DNA of 48,639 nucleotides, from the IMG/VR virus record IMGVR_UViG_2778261184_000002, positions 1 to 48,639 of that record; one strand, 5' to 3'. A program made the translations under genes and the position numbers. The notes under the pieces were generated by a model. The model was not told the origin of the DNA. It searched no databases and was given only the letters and a program-made list of their open reading frames with translations. Positions 1-8,945 of the stretch are shown piece after piece. Within the stretch, counting starts at the first letter, position 1. Every line of letters starts with the position of its first letter. Origin of the DNA: a virus. Lineage: Duplodnaviria > Heunggongvirae > Uroviricota > Caudoviricetes.

Positions 1-557
1 TCCTATATACATTATCTATTGTTTTTGTTGGTGGTAATGTCCCGTTCTTTGATAATTGGATTGTATCCCCGTGGGTTTATCACGTTGTAATCCCATTTGT
101 TTATGGAGTATTTGCATCTGTGTTAGCTCCTATTCTCACACTGAAGATATCTAAGCTAACAAGTAAATTATACACTGAAATAAGATATTTAGATGAAGCT
201 GCTGATTATGATAAAAGAATAGAATTGCAAAGAAAGAAAACAAAGTTAAATCAAGCAACCAATGACGCTAAATATTCAAAACAAATCTTAGATGAAAATG
301 AAAATAAACTTAATGACCTAGCTAAGAAACAGCGAGAAATTTGCGGCGCGATAAAACTATTGCATACTGATGTTGGCAGTATTATTGAGCTATATAAAAA
401 TAAGGGGGTTAGCATTGAATCTCCGCAAGATTTATGTGATTTTATAGTCGCTATAAAAAGCACATCATTCTATAATGATGACAAGCATTTTAATAAATTG
501 GTGTCTGATATTTCCAGTTTGTTTGATAATACTGGAATTGATCTTTCAAAAAAATGA
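1..557 (+). CDS. 5'-truncated CDS running off the window start: hydrophobic segment followed by a K/E/N-rich coiled-coil-like tail; function unknown
   Basis: Frame of ORF 120..557 stays open back to nt 3 (IVFVGGNVPFFDNWIVSPWVYHVVIPFVYGVFASVLAPIL...); strongly AT-rich unlike neighbours; hairpin terminator follows. Confidence 0.4.
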   Translation, partial: LYTLSIVFVGGNVPFFDNWIVSPWVYHVVIPFVYGVFASVLAPILTLKISKLTSKLYTEIRYLDEAADYDKRIELQRKKTKLNQATNDAKYSKQILDENENKLNDLAKKQREICGAIKLLHTDVGSIIELYKNKGVSIESPQDLCDFIVAIKSTSFYNDDKHFNKLVSDISSLFDNTGIDLSKK

Positions 558-563
558 AAGCCC

Positions 564-602
564 AGCATAAACTACTAGGCTATGTGTGGTTTATGCTTTT
601 TT
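564..602. terminator. Hairpin terminator between convergent genes
   Basis: AGCATAAAC (564-572) pairs with GTTTATGCT (589-597), followed by T-run 598-602; A-run upstream on + strand. Confidence 0.55.
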
Positions 603-1784
603 CACGTACTCTATAAACATCTTCTCAGCCTGTTCTTGTGGCGTTCCAGCCATGACAAGCGCATCAATGAACGCCTGCTTCTTCAGTGCGAACTGATCGG
701 CAAGGCGTTGCTGAAGTTCCTTATTTTTCTGTTTCTCACGTTGCAAGGCCGCTTCTTTTGCAGCCGCCCGTTTTTTCTGTGCGTCTGACAACTTTCTGGC
801 CCTGGTCAATTGGTCACGTAGCTTGTCGATCTTGCCGTTGTCCTTTGCCAGTTTTGTACTTAAAGCTGCCTGGCGCTTCTGATAGAGCCTCCATTCGCGC
901 TTGGCAGCGTCAACGTTTGTTTTACTGTTGCGATTGCGATTAAACTCCCTCTCGTCTTCTTTTGAGAAGTGTTTGGTTGTACGGCGGCGATCGTCACCAA
1001 ATGCAATTTGCGTTGCGGCCTTTTGTAACGCACGAGCAATACTCATTTGCCAACTAGCGGACTGTAACCGCGTCATTGAGTGGATCACGTGTTTACAGGC
1101 GACGCCTTGTAGCTTAGGGTTACGAACTTTTGGATAGGCGTATTCTTTTGGCGGTGCCAGGGCAAAGTTACCCGCAGTAGCGATGTAACGATACCAGTAT
1201 TGATGACGACCACAGTCACAATCGAAAGACACCCGCCCGGCGCACAGTGATTTAGTGATTTTCAGAGCTGATTTATCGTCTTCTGCGATGTCATCGACCA
1301 TCTGATCCCATTCTTCAAAGCGTATCCGGACGATATGGTGCTGGTGGACGGATATATCCGATGCTTCTACGCGGATATTAATCACGTTGTGGCGAAGAGA
1401 TACAGGTGTAGCTCTTTTGATACCAGATCCGTCATCCACGGCGTTATTTGCACGCTTAATATCGATTGCCTGGCTGGATGCCACCAGCTGGGCGTATGTG
1501 ATGCCAGCCGTCTTGCTGTCATATTTTTCGCGTGTTTTACTCCGTAGCTTTTCGAAACCTTTCAGGTCGTCTCGCGTGAAGAACGTGCCGCCTTTTTTCT
1601 TCCCTAACTTGAGAATATCTTCGGCGGATTTGTTCCTCAGTCTACCTGGCGTCAGCGTCCGGTGAGCTTGTCGGCGCTTACGGGTTTGTTCTTTCCTGAT
1701 AAGGTCGAATAAACGCGTGAAGTCCTTAGAGGACAGGCCGTCAGTGATATAGCGCCCGTCCTGGTTTTTCAGGAAATCAGGCAT
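591..1784 (-). CDS. SWIM-type zinc-finger protein with a long K/R/Q/E-rich C-terminal tail; function unknown
   Basis: 397-aa ORF; CxC-x(n)-CxH pattern (FDCDCGRHQYWY...GVACKHVIH); start overlaps stop of upstream ORF (ATGCCTGA coupling). Confidence 0.5.
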   Translation of the reverse strand: MPDFLKNQDGRYITDGLSSKDFTRLFDLIRKEQTRKRRQAHRTLTPGRLRNKSAEDILKLGKKKGGTFFTRDDLKGFEKLRSKTREKYDSKTAGITYAQLVASSQAIDIKRANNAVDDGSGIKRATPVSLRHNVINIRVEASDISVHQHHIVRIRFEEWDQMVDDIAEDDKSALKITKSLCAGRVSFDCDCGRHQYWYRYIATAGNFALAPPKEYAYPKVRNPKLQGVACKHVIHSMTRLQSASWQMSIARALQKAATQIAFGDDRRRTTKHFSKEDEREFNRNRNSKTNVDAAKREWRLYQKRQAALSTKLAKDNGKIDKLRDQLTRARKLSDAQKKRAAAKEAALQREKQKNKELQQRLADQFALKKQAFIDALVMAGTPQEQAEKMFIEYVKKA

Positions 1785-2106
1785 TTTCTATCTCCGGTTC
1801 CGCGCTTGCGTAATCACGGATCTTGTTCCTCAGCCATGCCACATCAGGAAGAGTTAACGTGGTCCCTGCGGGCATTTCTTCCATTTCTGACTCATGGCCC
1901 ACCAGCACCCGGAATACCCAGCGCAAATCTGCATTGCCATACGCCCTGTAGGCTGCAAGGTCTGAACGATATACTTCATCAATCTTTATCGTGTACTGGA
2001 AATTATCAGAGTGATACTCCGATACCCGCTTAATCATTTCCTGGTGAAACAGCGCACGAAAAATATCGTCTTCAATGTACCTATCGTCGAGTCTGCTATA
2101 GCCCAT
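1777..2106 (-). CDS. Hypothetical protein, translationally coupled to the SWIM protein gene
   Basis: 109-aa ORF overlapping downstream gene by 8 nt; no recognisable motif. Confidence 0.45.
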   Translation of the reverse strand: MGYSRLDDRYIEDDIFRALFHQEMIKRVSEYHSDNFQYTIKIDEVYRSDLAAYRAYGNADLRWVFRVLVGHESEMEEMPAGTTLTLPDVAWLRNKIRDYASAEPEIENA

Positions 2107-2298
2107 AACAAAGCCTCTCAGTCATAACCTGGGGGAAACTGTATGCAGGGTGTGAAATGCGAGAAACAGACAGGCCACCAGTTCAGGGGGATGTGGTTCA
2201 TAAATCCCCTCACTGGTGGCAAGTGACTTTCATTAATCTTTATGCGGGGCCAGCTTCATTTGCTGGCATTAGATTAAAAATTAAACGGAGTGAATGAC

Positions 2299-2433
2299 AT
2301 GGATGTTATTCTAGAATTGTTAAAGCTTATTGATCTGTTTATGAACGCCTCATTGACCACTCAAATACTGGCGTCAATATTTTTGTTACTCTTCTACCTG
2401 GTATTGAGGGAGTTAACAAAGCTACTAATGTGA
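2299..2433 (+). CDS. Candidate 44-aa hydrophobic peptide (MDVILELLKLIDLFMNASLTTQILASIFLLLFYLVLRELTKLLM)
   Basis: ATG 2299 preceded by GGAG; single predicted TM helix; AT-rich; abuts the 3' end of the convergent 217-aa gene. Too short for the ORF track. Confidence 0.25.
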   Translation: MDVILELLKLIDLFMNASLTTQILASIFLLLFYLVLRELTKLLM

Positions 2434-3087
2434 TCAAAGTATCACGGTATCTTCATCAACTTCTTTCCCAGTCAGTGACTTTGGCTGGGAGGTGCCTGCT
2501 TTAACTTTTTCATGCCCAATAATGGACAGGAACGAAGCGAGTATGCCTGTTTTTTGCTCTTTCTCGACTGTACCGATCATCTGCTCTACGTAATCCGCAC
2601 TGGCAACGTTGTGGTATACGGTCGCGTAGCAACACAGGATCATCAAAATATGCTCCGGCCTGATATCCTGCCAGTTCACCCGGTAGACTTCTTCTCCGTT
2701 ACCATTGTATTCGGTATCAACGATAGAGTCGGGGATTTCGAAAGCACCTTTGTTATTTTGCGGCAGGGATAATAGTTTCTGGAGTTTTAACTCTCTGTAT
2801 CTTTCCATCCCGACGATGATTGCTGCTCTACCATCGGCATGACGGGTCTTGAGAGTCACCTGACTTGCTCCGGTGCCAGCGGAGATCGTTGGCGTAATTT
2901 CGTCTACCAGTACCTTAAATTTGCTTTTCCGCAGGGCTGCTATAGCTGGAGGAATTTTTTGCTTTTGCTCCAATGCTGACGCGGGAAGGGGTTTTACTTC
3001 GTTAATAATGAGAGCACCGTCTTTCAGTATTGCAGTGAGCATTTGAGGCTTGCTGGTGGTCAGGCTGAATATTGCGATCTTTTCCAT
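2434..3087 (-). CDS. Hypothetical protein (217 aa from the internal ATG)
   Basis: Track ORF 2434..3129; ATG at 3087 has a strong RBS (GGAGGAAGG) and the upstream 14 codons overlap a terminator-like hairpin. Confidence 0.5.
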   Translation of the reverse strand: MEKIAIFSLTTSKPQMLTAILKDGALIINEVKPLPASALEQKQKIPPAIAALRKSKFKVLVDEITPTISAGTGASQVTLKTRHADGRAAIIVGMERYRELKLQKLLSLPQNNKGAFEIPDSIVDTEYNGNGEEVYRVNWQDIRPEHILMILCCYATVYHNVASADYVEQMIGTVEKEQKTGILASFLSIIGHEKVKAGTSQPKSLTGKEVDEDTVIL

Positions 3088-3368
3088 TGTCCTTCCTCCA
3101 CGGATGACGGATACAAAAAAAGGCCGCACATGGCGGCCTGCTTTGGCGTTATGACTCCCTACCGCGCTTCGGCTGAAAGTTAATCGTCAAAAGAACCTTC
3201 AACGGGAGCCGTTAGCGCGATGGATTATGTGCAGTTTGTTATTTCCAGAATAGTGTCAATAGTCATTTGCTATTTTTTTTGTAAACGATTTGGTGCTTAT
3301 CAAAAAAACAGAGTGGTTAGTTATTATTATTGGGTTGTTGGTCTTGATTTGTGGTGAAAGGTTGAAAA

Positions 3369-4244
3369 GTGAGCAAAAACATATTTCCCAATCGTATTAT
3401 TAAAAAGTTATTCCGATTCAAATTACTGAAGACTGTTGGCGTTGCTCTTCTTCTGTCAAGTCATTCTGCGCTCGCGGATTATGGAAGAAACGCGGTTATA
3501 TCATGGGCTAATGAATACCAGAGCCAACATGGCGCAATGAGCCTTTACTATGAATACAACAGATACGGAGTTGATCCACAAGTGTATCTTATTCGTGAAA
3601 TTAATCGTGCGTGGCAATCTGGGGTGGTAGCCGCTCAACGTGGGCGAGTGATTAATGACGATGAAGCCTATGAGTATGGGTTGCGTCGGATACAGAGGCT
3701 TCGAATCAGCCAGGCGCTGGGGAATGATGTTACGCTATCCCTGACTAATCTGTGGGTTAAAGCGTTGCATGATGGCTGGAACTATGGAAATGCCAACAAT
3801 GGCAGTGTTACACAATCTTCAACGGCCTCTGCTGCAAGTAATAGCGCGCCAACGTTTTCCTGTAAGGTTGACGTAACATACCAAGGGAAGCGTAGTCATT
3901 ATATGGATGAAGCCGGGGCGTGGGATCAGGTAATTACAGACTATGGGACTTATTTCTCGTGGGATTTACCACGTGGCAACCGGGGTAATAGTACCGGGCA
4001 AGATGCATTTAGCGGAATGGATGAGACTCAACCAGTTCTGAACAATAAGCTGATACGCAAAGAGACAGAAAAGGATGGTAGCACGGTCGATGAATTTCGC
4101 ACTGAGGTTAGTTATGGCAGCGACCAGCCAGTTCATAAGTTTGTGTATGCTCGTCGCATAAAACCGAATGGTATTCGTGAATATTATGTTACTGATTTAA
4201 CGGACAAACGTGCGTTTATGTTCCTGAATTGTCAGCAGGACTAG
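3369..4244 (+). CDS. Secreted/periplasmic hypothetical protein
   Basis: 291-aa ORF, GTG start, N-terminal signal-peptide-like segment (LLKTVGVALLLSSHSALA-DYG). Confidence 0.5.
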   Translation: MSKNIFPNRIIKKLFRFKLLKTVGVALLLSSHSALADYGRNAVISWANEYQSQHGAMSLYYEYNRYGVDPQVYLIREINRAWQSGVVAAQRGRVINDDEAYEYGLRRIQRLRISQALGNDVTLSLTNLWVKALHDGWNYGNANNGSVTQSSTASAASNSAPTFSCKVDVTYQGKRSHYMDEAGAWDQVITDYGTYFSWDLPRGNRGNSTGQDAFSGMDETQPVLNNKLIRKETEKDGSTVDEFRTEVSYGSDQPVHKFVYARRIKPNGIREYYVTDLTDKRAFMFLNCQQD

Positions 4245-4280
4245 TAAATTAAAGCCCCGACCTGGCCGGGGCAACAGTAA

Positions 4281-4532
4281 TCAACTAACAATCCAGTCCA
4301 TAGCAACCATATCCTCTGGCGCTAAATCAATAGCATGGATTTTCCCATTCCGGATAGTGCGCCAGTGCTTTCGTGATCCGCCTTCTTGCCATACCCATAC
4401 ACCTTCAGACCATGATGCGCGACGACACACTGTTGCATATCCACTTCTGATCTTCTCTCTGGCTGTATGCAGTGACAGATTATCTTTTGGGATTTCCGGT
4501 AAAGGATGGTGGATTGCCTGAAACATCCCCAT
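4281..4532 (-). CDS. DUF2829-like small protein (Tad2-type fold candidate)
   Basis: 83 aa; V-x-RR-x-(S/A)-W near N-terminus (VCRRASWSEGVWVW) and D-W-I/E-V at C-terminus (MDWIVS), shared with four other ORFs in the window. Confidence 0.5.
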   Translation of the reverse strand: MGMFQAIHHPLPEIPKDNLSLHTAREKIRSGYATVCRRASWSEGVWVWQEGGSRKHWRTIRNGKIHAIDLAPEDMVAMDWIVS

Positions 4533-4534
4533 CT

Positions 4535-4714
4535 TTAATTGAGGATCTCCATCGCATCAAGAGTGAAGCGGGCAGCAAAAATGCAGGGGGTATCAGGAAG
4601 GTATGAGCGAGCTTCTGCTTCGGTAGCAGCCATGACGCAGATATACAGGTGTTTTTGGCAGGAATAGAAACGCCAGATAAATTCAGAATGAGTTGGGGTA
4701 GGGGTAGTAGCCAT
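4535..4714 (-). CDS. icd: Icd-like small protein (host cell-division-inhibitor family)
   Basis: 59-aa ORF not in track (MATTPTPTHSEFIWRFYSCQKHLYICVMAATEAEARSYLPDTPCIFAARFTLDAMEILN); RBS AAGGAGG; FIWRF...AATE-EAR signature shared with ORF 43041..43265; 2 nt upstream of the DUF2829 gene. Confidence 0.5.
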   Translation of the reverse strand: MATTPTPTHSEFIWRFYSCQKHLYICVMAATEAEARSYLPDTPCIFAARFTLDAMEILN

Positions 4715-4898
4715 AATGGCAGCCTCCTTTTGCTAATTTAAGGAGCTACCGCGTGAGGTTCCAATCTCAATGGCGGTAGCACTGACTGGGTTGGAACTAC
4801 CGGCGCAAAAGGGAACCGGCCTGCCTTTCGGCAGCCCAGCCAGCACTACCATTGATCTCTGAGCTAAACGCTACGTATGGCTGTGCGATGGCATGACA

Positions 4899-4921
4899 CA
4901 AAAAAAGACGCTTTCGGCGTC
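4899..4921 (-). terminator. Rho-independent terminator (minus strand)
   Basis: GACGC-tttcg-GCGTC hairpin followed on the minus strand by T7. Confidence 0.5.
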
Positions 4922-5028
4922 TGTGTCGCCTTTTGCATTATCCGGGGTTCCAATCCCGGCACCCGTTTTTCTAAGGTGCCGTAGAAATATACCCCACGAT
5001 AATGCCAGGGCGCAACTGTGTGTTTTCT

Positions 5029-5195
5029 TATGCTTTTCTTTTCTTCTTCCGGGATTGCTTGCAGGCGTAGGCCATTGCTTTAGCTTTCACTTCATCCAGC
5101 TTTCCGGTGATCACTTCTTTACCAAGAGTGACAAACCAGTCATAGCAACCGCCAGTTATGTTCTGGATTTGAAAGTTAAGGTAGCGAACGGTCAT
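5029..5195 (-). CDS. Candidate 55-aa basic-tailed small protein (MTVRYLNFQIQNITGGCYDWFVTLGKEVITGKLDEVKAKAMAYACKQSRKKKRKA)
   Basis: RBS GGAGGGAG 7 nt upstream; preceded by a 31-aa ORF overlapping via ATGA; followed by terminator 4899-4921. Confidence 0.25.
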
Positions 5196-5335
5196 TTTGA
5201 TACTCCCTCCAGTTTTGATGGGAGCAAAGAACGCAGGTTATTGCGTGAGTAGACGGTGAGTGATGGGAAAAGTTTGTAATTGTTCATAGTGACTCCTTGC
5301 TTTCGAAGCCGTCACAGACTGTTCCACGGTCTGGT

Positions 5336-5402
5336 GGCGGCGCAATACAGGTTGGAACACCGTGAGTCAACGGGGGCTTTTAGCCACCTGTATTGCGCTG
5401 CC
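5336..5402 (-). ncRNA. Candidate c4-like structured RNA (long hairpin) upstream of the icd-like gene
   Basis: GCGCAATACAGGT (5340-5352) pairs perfectly with ACCTGTATTGCGC (5386-5398) around a 33-nt loop; shares CAGGTGG with the structured region upstream of the second icd-like gene. Confidence 0.3.
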
Positions 5403-5516
5403 ATAACTATGACATTGGCAATCATACGAAATCCCTGGGGGTTTGTCTCGTTATGTTGACCAGTGGTCCAATCCAATCAAAATGTACAATCAATGAATTT
5501 ATAACTCAACATAAAA

Positions 5517-5533
5517 TGTTAGAAAATTAATTC
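5517..5533 (+). promoter_or_regulatory. Operator-like 17-bp motif copy (TGTTAGAAAATTAATTC)
   Basis: One of at least 14 copies of consensus TGTTAGAAAATTAATTT. Confidence 0.45.
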
Positions 5534-6105
5534 ATCATTTCTTGCACCGTCTGATAGAGCGTCATCTCTTCGGCATTGTGCCGTATAAAATCTGCTTTCC
5601 CGCCTATTTTTCCATCAGCATGAACAGGAACCAACCAGGGATATTGTTCGCGGATCTCTGCTGGCGCTGCGTGCTGGTGGTGCCATTTACACAAAGGGAG
5701 AACGTATTTATGGGCATCTTTAGCCGTTCTGCCAAATATGTGGTGGAGAGATACGACAGGGCTATGCTTCCCGTGAAGATGGCAGGCAATACAGGGGATT
5801 TTGCCTATAGCGTCCTGTATCCGGCGCTCTTCTGCTGTGAGTGATCTCCCTTTTAATCCGCGTGACGTGCGCGTTTTTTTGGGGAGGGCAGACGCCGCTC
5901 TCTCTCTTCTGCGCTGTTCACTTTGCCTCGCTTTTTCAAGTTTCTTTTGACGATATTCAGGCGATGCGGCTTTTTCCCTTGCGCGTTGCTGCTGGCGTTG
6001 AGCCTGCTGAAGACGTTTTGCCCTTTGCTCTTCCCGCCATTCCGGATCAGCCAGTTTTTGCATGGCTTTTTGTCTCTGTTTCTCCCAATAACTCTGTCTC
6101 TGCAT
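5527..6105 (-). CDS. ref: Ref-like HNH endonuclease (P1 recombination enhancement function family)
   Basis: 192 aa; highly charged R/Q/E/K-rich N-terminal ~80 aa followed by HNH-type motif CIACHLHG...SLHHIFGRT...LPLCKWHHQ; operator-like site upstream, as for P1 ref. Confidence 0.7.
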   Translation of the reverse strand: MQRQSYWEKQRQKAMQKLADPEWREEQRAKRLQQAQRQQQRAREKAASPEYRQKKLEKARQSEQRRRERAASALPKKTRTSRGLKGRSLTAEERRIQDAIGKIPCIACHLHGKHSPVVSLHHIFGRTAKDAHKYVLPLCKWHHQHAAPAEIREQYPWLVPVHADGKIGGKADFIRHNAEEMTLYQTVQEMMN

Positions 6106-6152
6106 GTTGGCTGCCTCTTACTTATCAGCGATTTTTTATGATTGATCATATT

Positions 6153-6182
6153 TGTTAGATATTCAAAATTGATTTTCTAACA
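6153..6182 (-). promoter_or_regulatory. 30-bp composite operator-like site (TGTTAGAAAATCAATT-N7-TCTAACA on minus strand)
   Basis: Full motif plus inverted TGTTAGA half-site at fixed 23-nt offset; upstream of ref-like gene. Confidence 0.5.
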
Positions 6183-6377
6183 CAAAACATTAATATCAGT
6201 CGCTGTTTACTGTTTGGGGGACATGATGCTTATAGCCTTAAGTGCGATCCACCAGCCACCTGTGAATGAGATCGGCCTGTTTTATGTGCTGTTTTTCGTC
6301 GCGTTGGCGCTACTTGAGCTTGGTATTGAGCTTTTTGCAGTGCTTATGTTTTGCGTCACGATGCTGGAGAAATTTTG

Positions 6378-7001
6378 ATGGTGAAACGTGTTTTGAAAAT
6401 TTACATCGCGGGTCCGATGACTGGTTATCCAGATTACAACCGTGCGGCGTTTAATGCGAAAGCGAGCGAGCTGATGGCTGAAGGGCATATCGTTCTGAAT
6501 CCAGCTGTGTTACCTGGTGGCCTTTGTCAGAGTGAATACATGGATATTTGCCTGGCAATGGTGCGTTCTGCTGATGCGATCTACTTGCTCAATCGATGGG
6601 AGGAATCGATTGGTGCTCGTGCAGAGCACGCGCTGGCTGAAAAGCTGGGGCTGACTGTAATTTATGAGTCACCAACCAACATTGAATGCCAGGTTGCTCC
6701 GCATATTTACCGGGAACTGGTCAATGCGTTACGTGATGTTGCTATTGAATGTCACGGCACGGATCAGCTTCGCGCTCGCTTAAGCCAAACCCTTTCCAGT
6801 TACCTGTCTTTGGCTGAAGGATACAACCTCCGACAGCGAAGAATGGTCAAATTAATCACTCTTTTATCGCAATCCCTTGCAAATGCTGAACCAACCAATC
6901 CGCTACCTGGTGACGCAATGAATTATCTGAAGTCATGCGGTGTTGTTTCTGAAGATGCAGTTCGTTTTGTGGAGTTTATGTCTCGGAGGATGTCGGCGTG
7001 A
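6378..7001 (+). CDS. Nucleoside 2-deoxyribosyltransferase-like protein (DUF4406-type)
   Basis: KIYIAGPMTG N-terminal motif; start placed at ATG 6378 (GGAG upstream) rather than track start 6351. Confidence 0.45.
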   Translation: MVKRVLKIYIAGPMTGYPDYNRAAFNAKASELMAEGHIVLNPAVLPGGLCQSEYMDICLAMVRSADAIYLLNRWEESIGARAEHALAEKLGLTVIYESPTNIECQVAPHIYRELVNALRDVAIECHGTDQLRARLSQTLSSYLSLAEGYNLRQRRMVKLITLLSQSLANAEPTNPLPGDAMNYLKSCGVVSEDAVRFVEFMSRRMSA

Positions 7002-7315
7002 GCTGGCGGGGATGGGGAAGGGCAGAAATCATGATACTCCGCCAGTGCGCCGGAACTATGACGGTAGAGAGTATTGGGAAGCTGATCGGTCGTACCGGTG
7101 ATGCCGTCAGGACTAAAGCGCGGGAGCTGGGGATCAGCATGATTCTGAAAGGAGACTTTCATCCGTCAGCCAAATACCGGCAGAGCGATATAGAACTGGC
7201 ACGGCAGCTTCATCAGTGTGGTGTTCCCCGCCGTGAGATCGCGGAAAAACTCGAAATGCCCCTGGGCATGATTAATCAGTACGTTTATTTCGAAAGGAGA
7301 GTGCATGAAGTCTGA
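6998..7315 (+). CDS. Small HTH DNA-binding protein
   Basis: 105 aa; two HTH-like segments (TVESIGKLIGRTGDAVRTKAREL; RREIAEKLEMPLGMINQYV); overlaps upstream stop. Confidence 0.45.
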   Translation: MSWRGWGRAEIMILRQCAGTMTVESIGKLIGRTGDAVRTKARELGISMILKGDFHPSAKYRQSDIELARQLHQCGVPRREIAEKLEMPLGMINQYVYFERRVHEV

Positions 7316-7814
7316 AGGTTTAACGCCCGCACAACTGGCAGAGCGTAACGCTGAGTATGTAACGGAAATTTCCCGACTTGAGAAAGAGCGCGCGGCGCTG
7401 GCGGCAGAGAATGCGACACTGAAGGCGATATGTGAGGACCGCCGCACGTTCATTATGAATGGCGTGCAGCTTGGTTTTATCAAGGTGCCAACAGTGGAAA
7501 CAGATCCAGCTCTTGAAACAATTCGTATCGCCATATCACCACAAAAAACCACTCCTGCGACCGATGCTTTCTTGGATGAAATGAAGACTGAAGCACGCAA
7601 GGAAGGGGCTTACTTTGTGGCGAACAGAATGTTGGCTGCCTGGAAAGCTGGTTTTATTGATGATACTGCGAAGAACGCCGAGGATATTGCCCAGATGATT
7701 CTTACCTCTACTGATTTTATGGCTAATGCGCCGGAAGGAGATTTTGACCGCTCATTCTCTGATGGCGTTCTCGAAGATATCGCTGAACAGCTTCGTAAAG
7801 GAGTCATCCAGTGA
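7305..7814 (+). CDS. Ea22-like mosaic protein (paralog 1)
   Basis: Shares coiled-coil block and C-terminal PATDAFL...AEQLRKG cassette with 7811-8449, 11025-11642, 11923-12600. Confidence 0.5.
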   Translation: MKSEGLTPAQLAERNAEYVTEISRLEKERAALAAENATLKAICEDRRTFIMNGVQLGFIKVPTVETDPALETIRIAISPQKTTPATDAFLDEMKTEARKEGAYFVANRMLAAWKAGFIDDTAKNAEDIAQMILTSTDFMANAPEGDFDRSFSDGVLEDIAEQLRKGVIQ

Positions 7815-8449
7815 GCGAGCTTTACTATCCGTTACGTGAACGTTATTCACCGAAACCAGCGCCTAAATGCCCTGTTTGTGGCGAGGAAATGTCAATGCAG
7901 CGCATATCTGGATCACATGTTGTTTATGCCTGTTCCGGCATGGAGGATGACGGATGCTTCAAAACTGGACGAACTTATGCTGACGAGCATTACAAAAATT
8001 CGCGCATATCAGTAGTTGATGGTAGCGATCCTGATGTGATTGAACTGCTGGACGAGAACGTGGAGATGGCCCTAACGCTTGAGAAGCTGCGTGTTGAGCT
8101 GGAGGCTGCTAAACAGCGTATTGCCAAATACGAAAGCAATTACGGGGCGATTGTGGCGGAATGCCAAAGCAAAAAAGCAGCACTTGAGGCAATTCTTTGC
8201 CATTGCCCAATTAATCATCCAGATATAGACATCGCATGTATAGCGAACATCGCTCATAACGAATTAGGCGAGGCGAAAAGCACTACATCTAAGGCATCCC
8301 TTGTAGAAATACAGGCACAAGGGGTGGAGGCATTCGCTTTGACGATGCGCGATACAGGAGATGACCCATTTTTTGATTCCGTTGCTTCTGCTTGCGCGGA
8401 TGCAGCTGATAGGTTCGCCGCCCAGCTTCGCAAAGGAGGCAACCGGTGA
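7811..8449 (+). CDS. Ea22-like mosaic protein (paralog 2) with N-terminal Cys cluster
   Basis: CPVCGEE...C-x-GMEDDGC zinc-ribbon-like N-terminus; LRVELEAAKQRIA coiled coil; C-terminal AAQLRKGGNR. Confidence 0.5.
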   Translation: MSELYYPLRERYSPKPAPKCPVCGEEMSMQRISGSHVVYACSGMEDDGCFKTGRTYADEHYKNSRISVVDGSDPDVIELLDENVEMALTLEKLRVELEAAKQRIAKYESNYGAIVAECQSKKAALEAILCHCPINHPDIDIACIANIAHNELGEAKSTTSKASLVEIQAQGVEAFALTMRDTGDDPFFDSVASACADAADRFAAQLRKGGNR

Positions 8450-8721
8450 ATATCGACACGACAATAACGATCGATACGCTCCTAAATACCGGTCTGGCAC
8501 TTCTCGGTTGGCTTTACATCATGTCCCGCACATGGCGATGGCTGGGTTCCATTTTCCTAAAACAGTGGAAAAAACGGCGCAAACAGGAACTACGCCAGAA
8601 GGCATTAGAAGCGTTCTATGACGCATTTGAGCTTAGCCGCATTGAACCAGGTACAACAGCCAGGATAGCGACAAAAGGCGACCTGATGATAGTGATGTTC
8701 AGACAGGAGAAAACAAAATGA
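8446..8721 (+). CDS. Small membrane protein
   Basis: 91 aa; one hydrophobic helix (LLNTGLALLGWLYIM) then basic stretch. Confidence 0.4.
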   Translation: MNIDTTITIDTLLNTGLALLGWLYIMSRTWRWLGSIFLKQWKKRRKQELRQKALEAFYDAFELSRIEPGTTARIATKGDLMIVMFRQEKTK

Positions 8722-8945
8722 CAGAACAGACGATGACAAATCGCGAACTTGTTGATGCCGCGATTGAACTTGCTGGCGATTTTTATTCCATGATGGGTTA
8801 CGAGCATCGACCTGGTTTTAAGTATTGGGAGTCACCGCATCCGCAAGAACAACAGGTGTTTGAAATGGCCTGCCGCGCTTTTGAAGTTATTCGCGGTTCT
8901 GATGTGATGGACGCGGTTGCTGATTTGGAGGATGTTGCAGAATGA
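8718..8945 (+). CDS. Hypothetical protein
   Basis: 75-aa ORF overlapping both neighbours by 4 nt. Confidence 0.4.
   Translation: MTEQTMTNRELVDAAIELAGDFYSMMGYEHRPGFKYWESPHPQEQQVFEMACRAFEVIRGSDVMDAVADLEDVAE

Noticed and set aside
3113-3138. A-run plus GGCCGC/GCGGCC hairpin just upstream of the 217-aa gene RBS
   Set aside because: Looks like a minus-strand terminator, but no upstream minus-strand transcription unit is evident; could be an attenuator or lie within an N-terminally extended coding frame. Unresolved, so not called.
4893-5252. Track ORF 4893..5252 (+)
   Set aside because: Overlaps a minus-strand terminator and the better-supported minus-strand small ORF with strong RBS; low-complexity translation.
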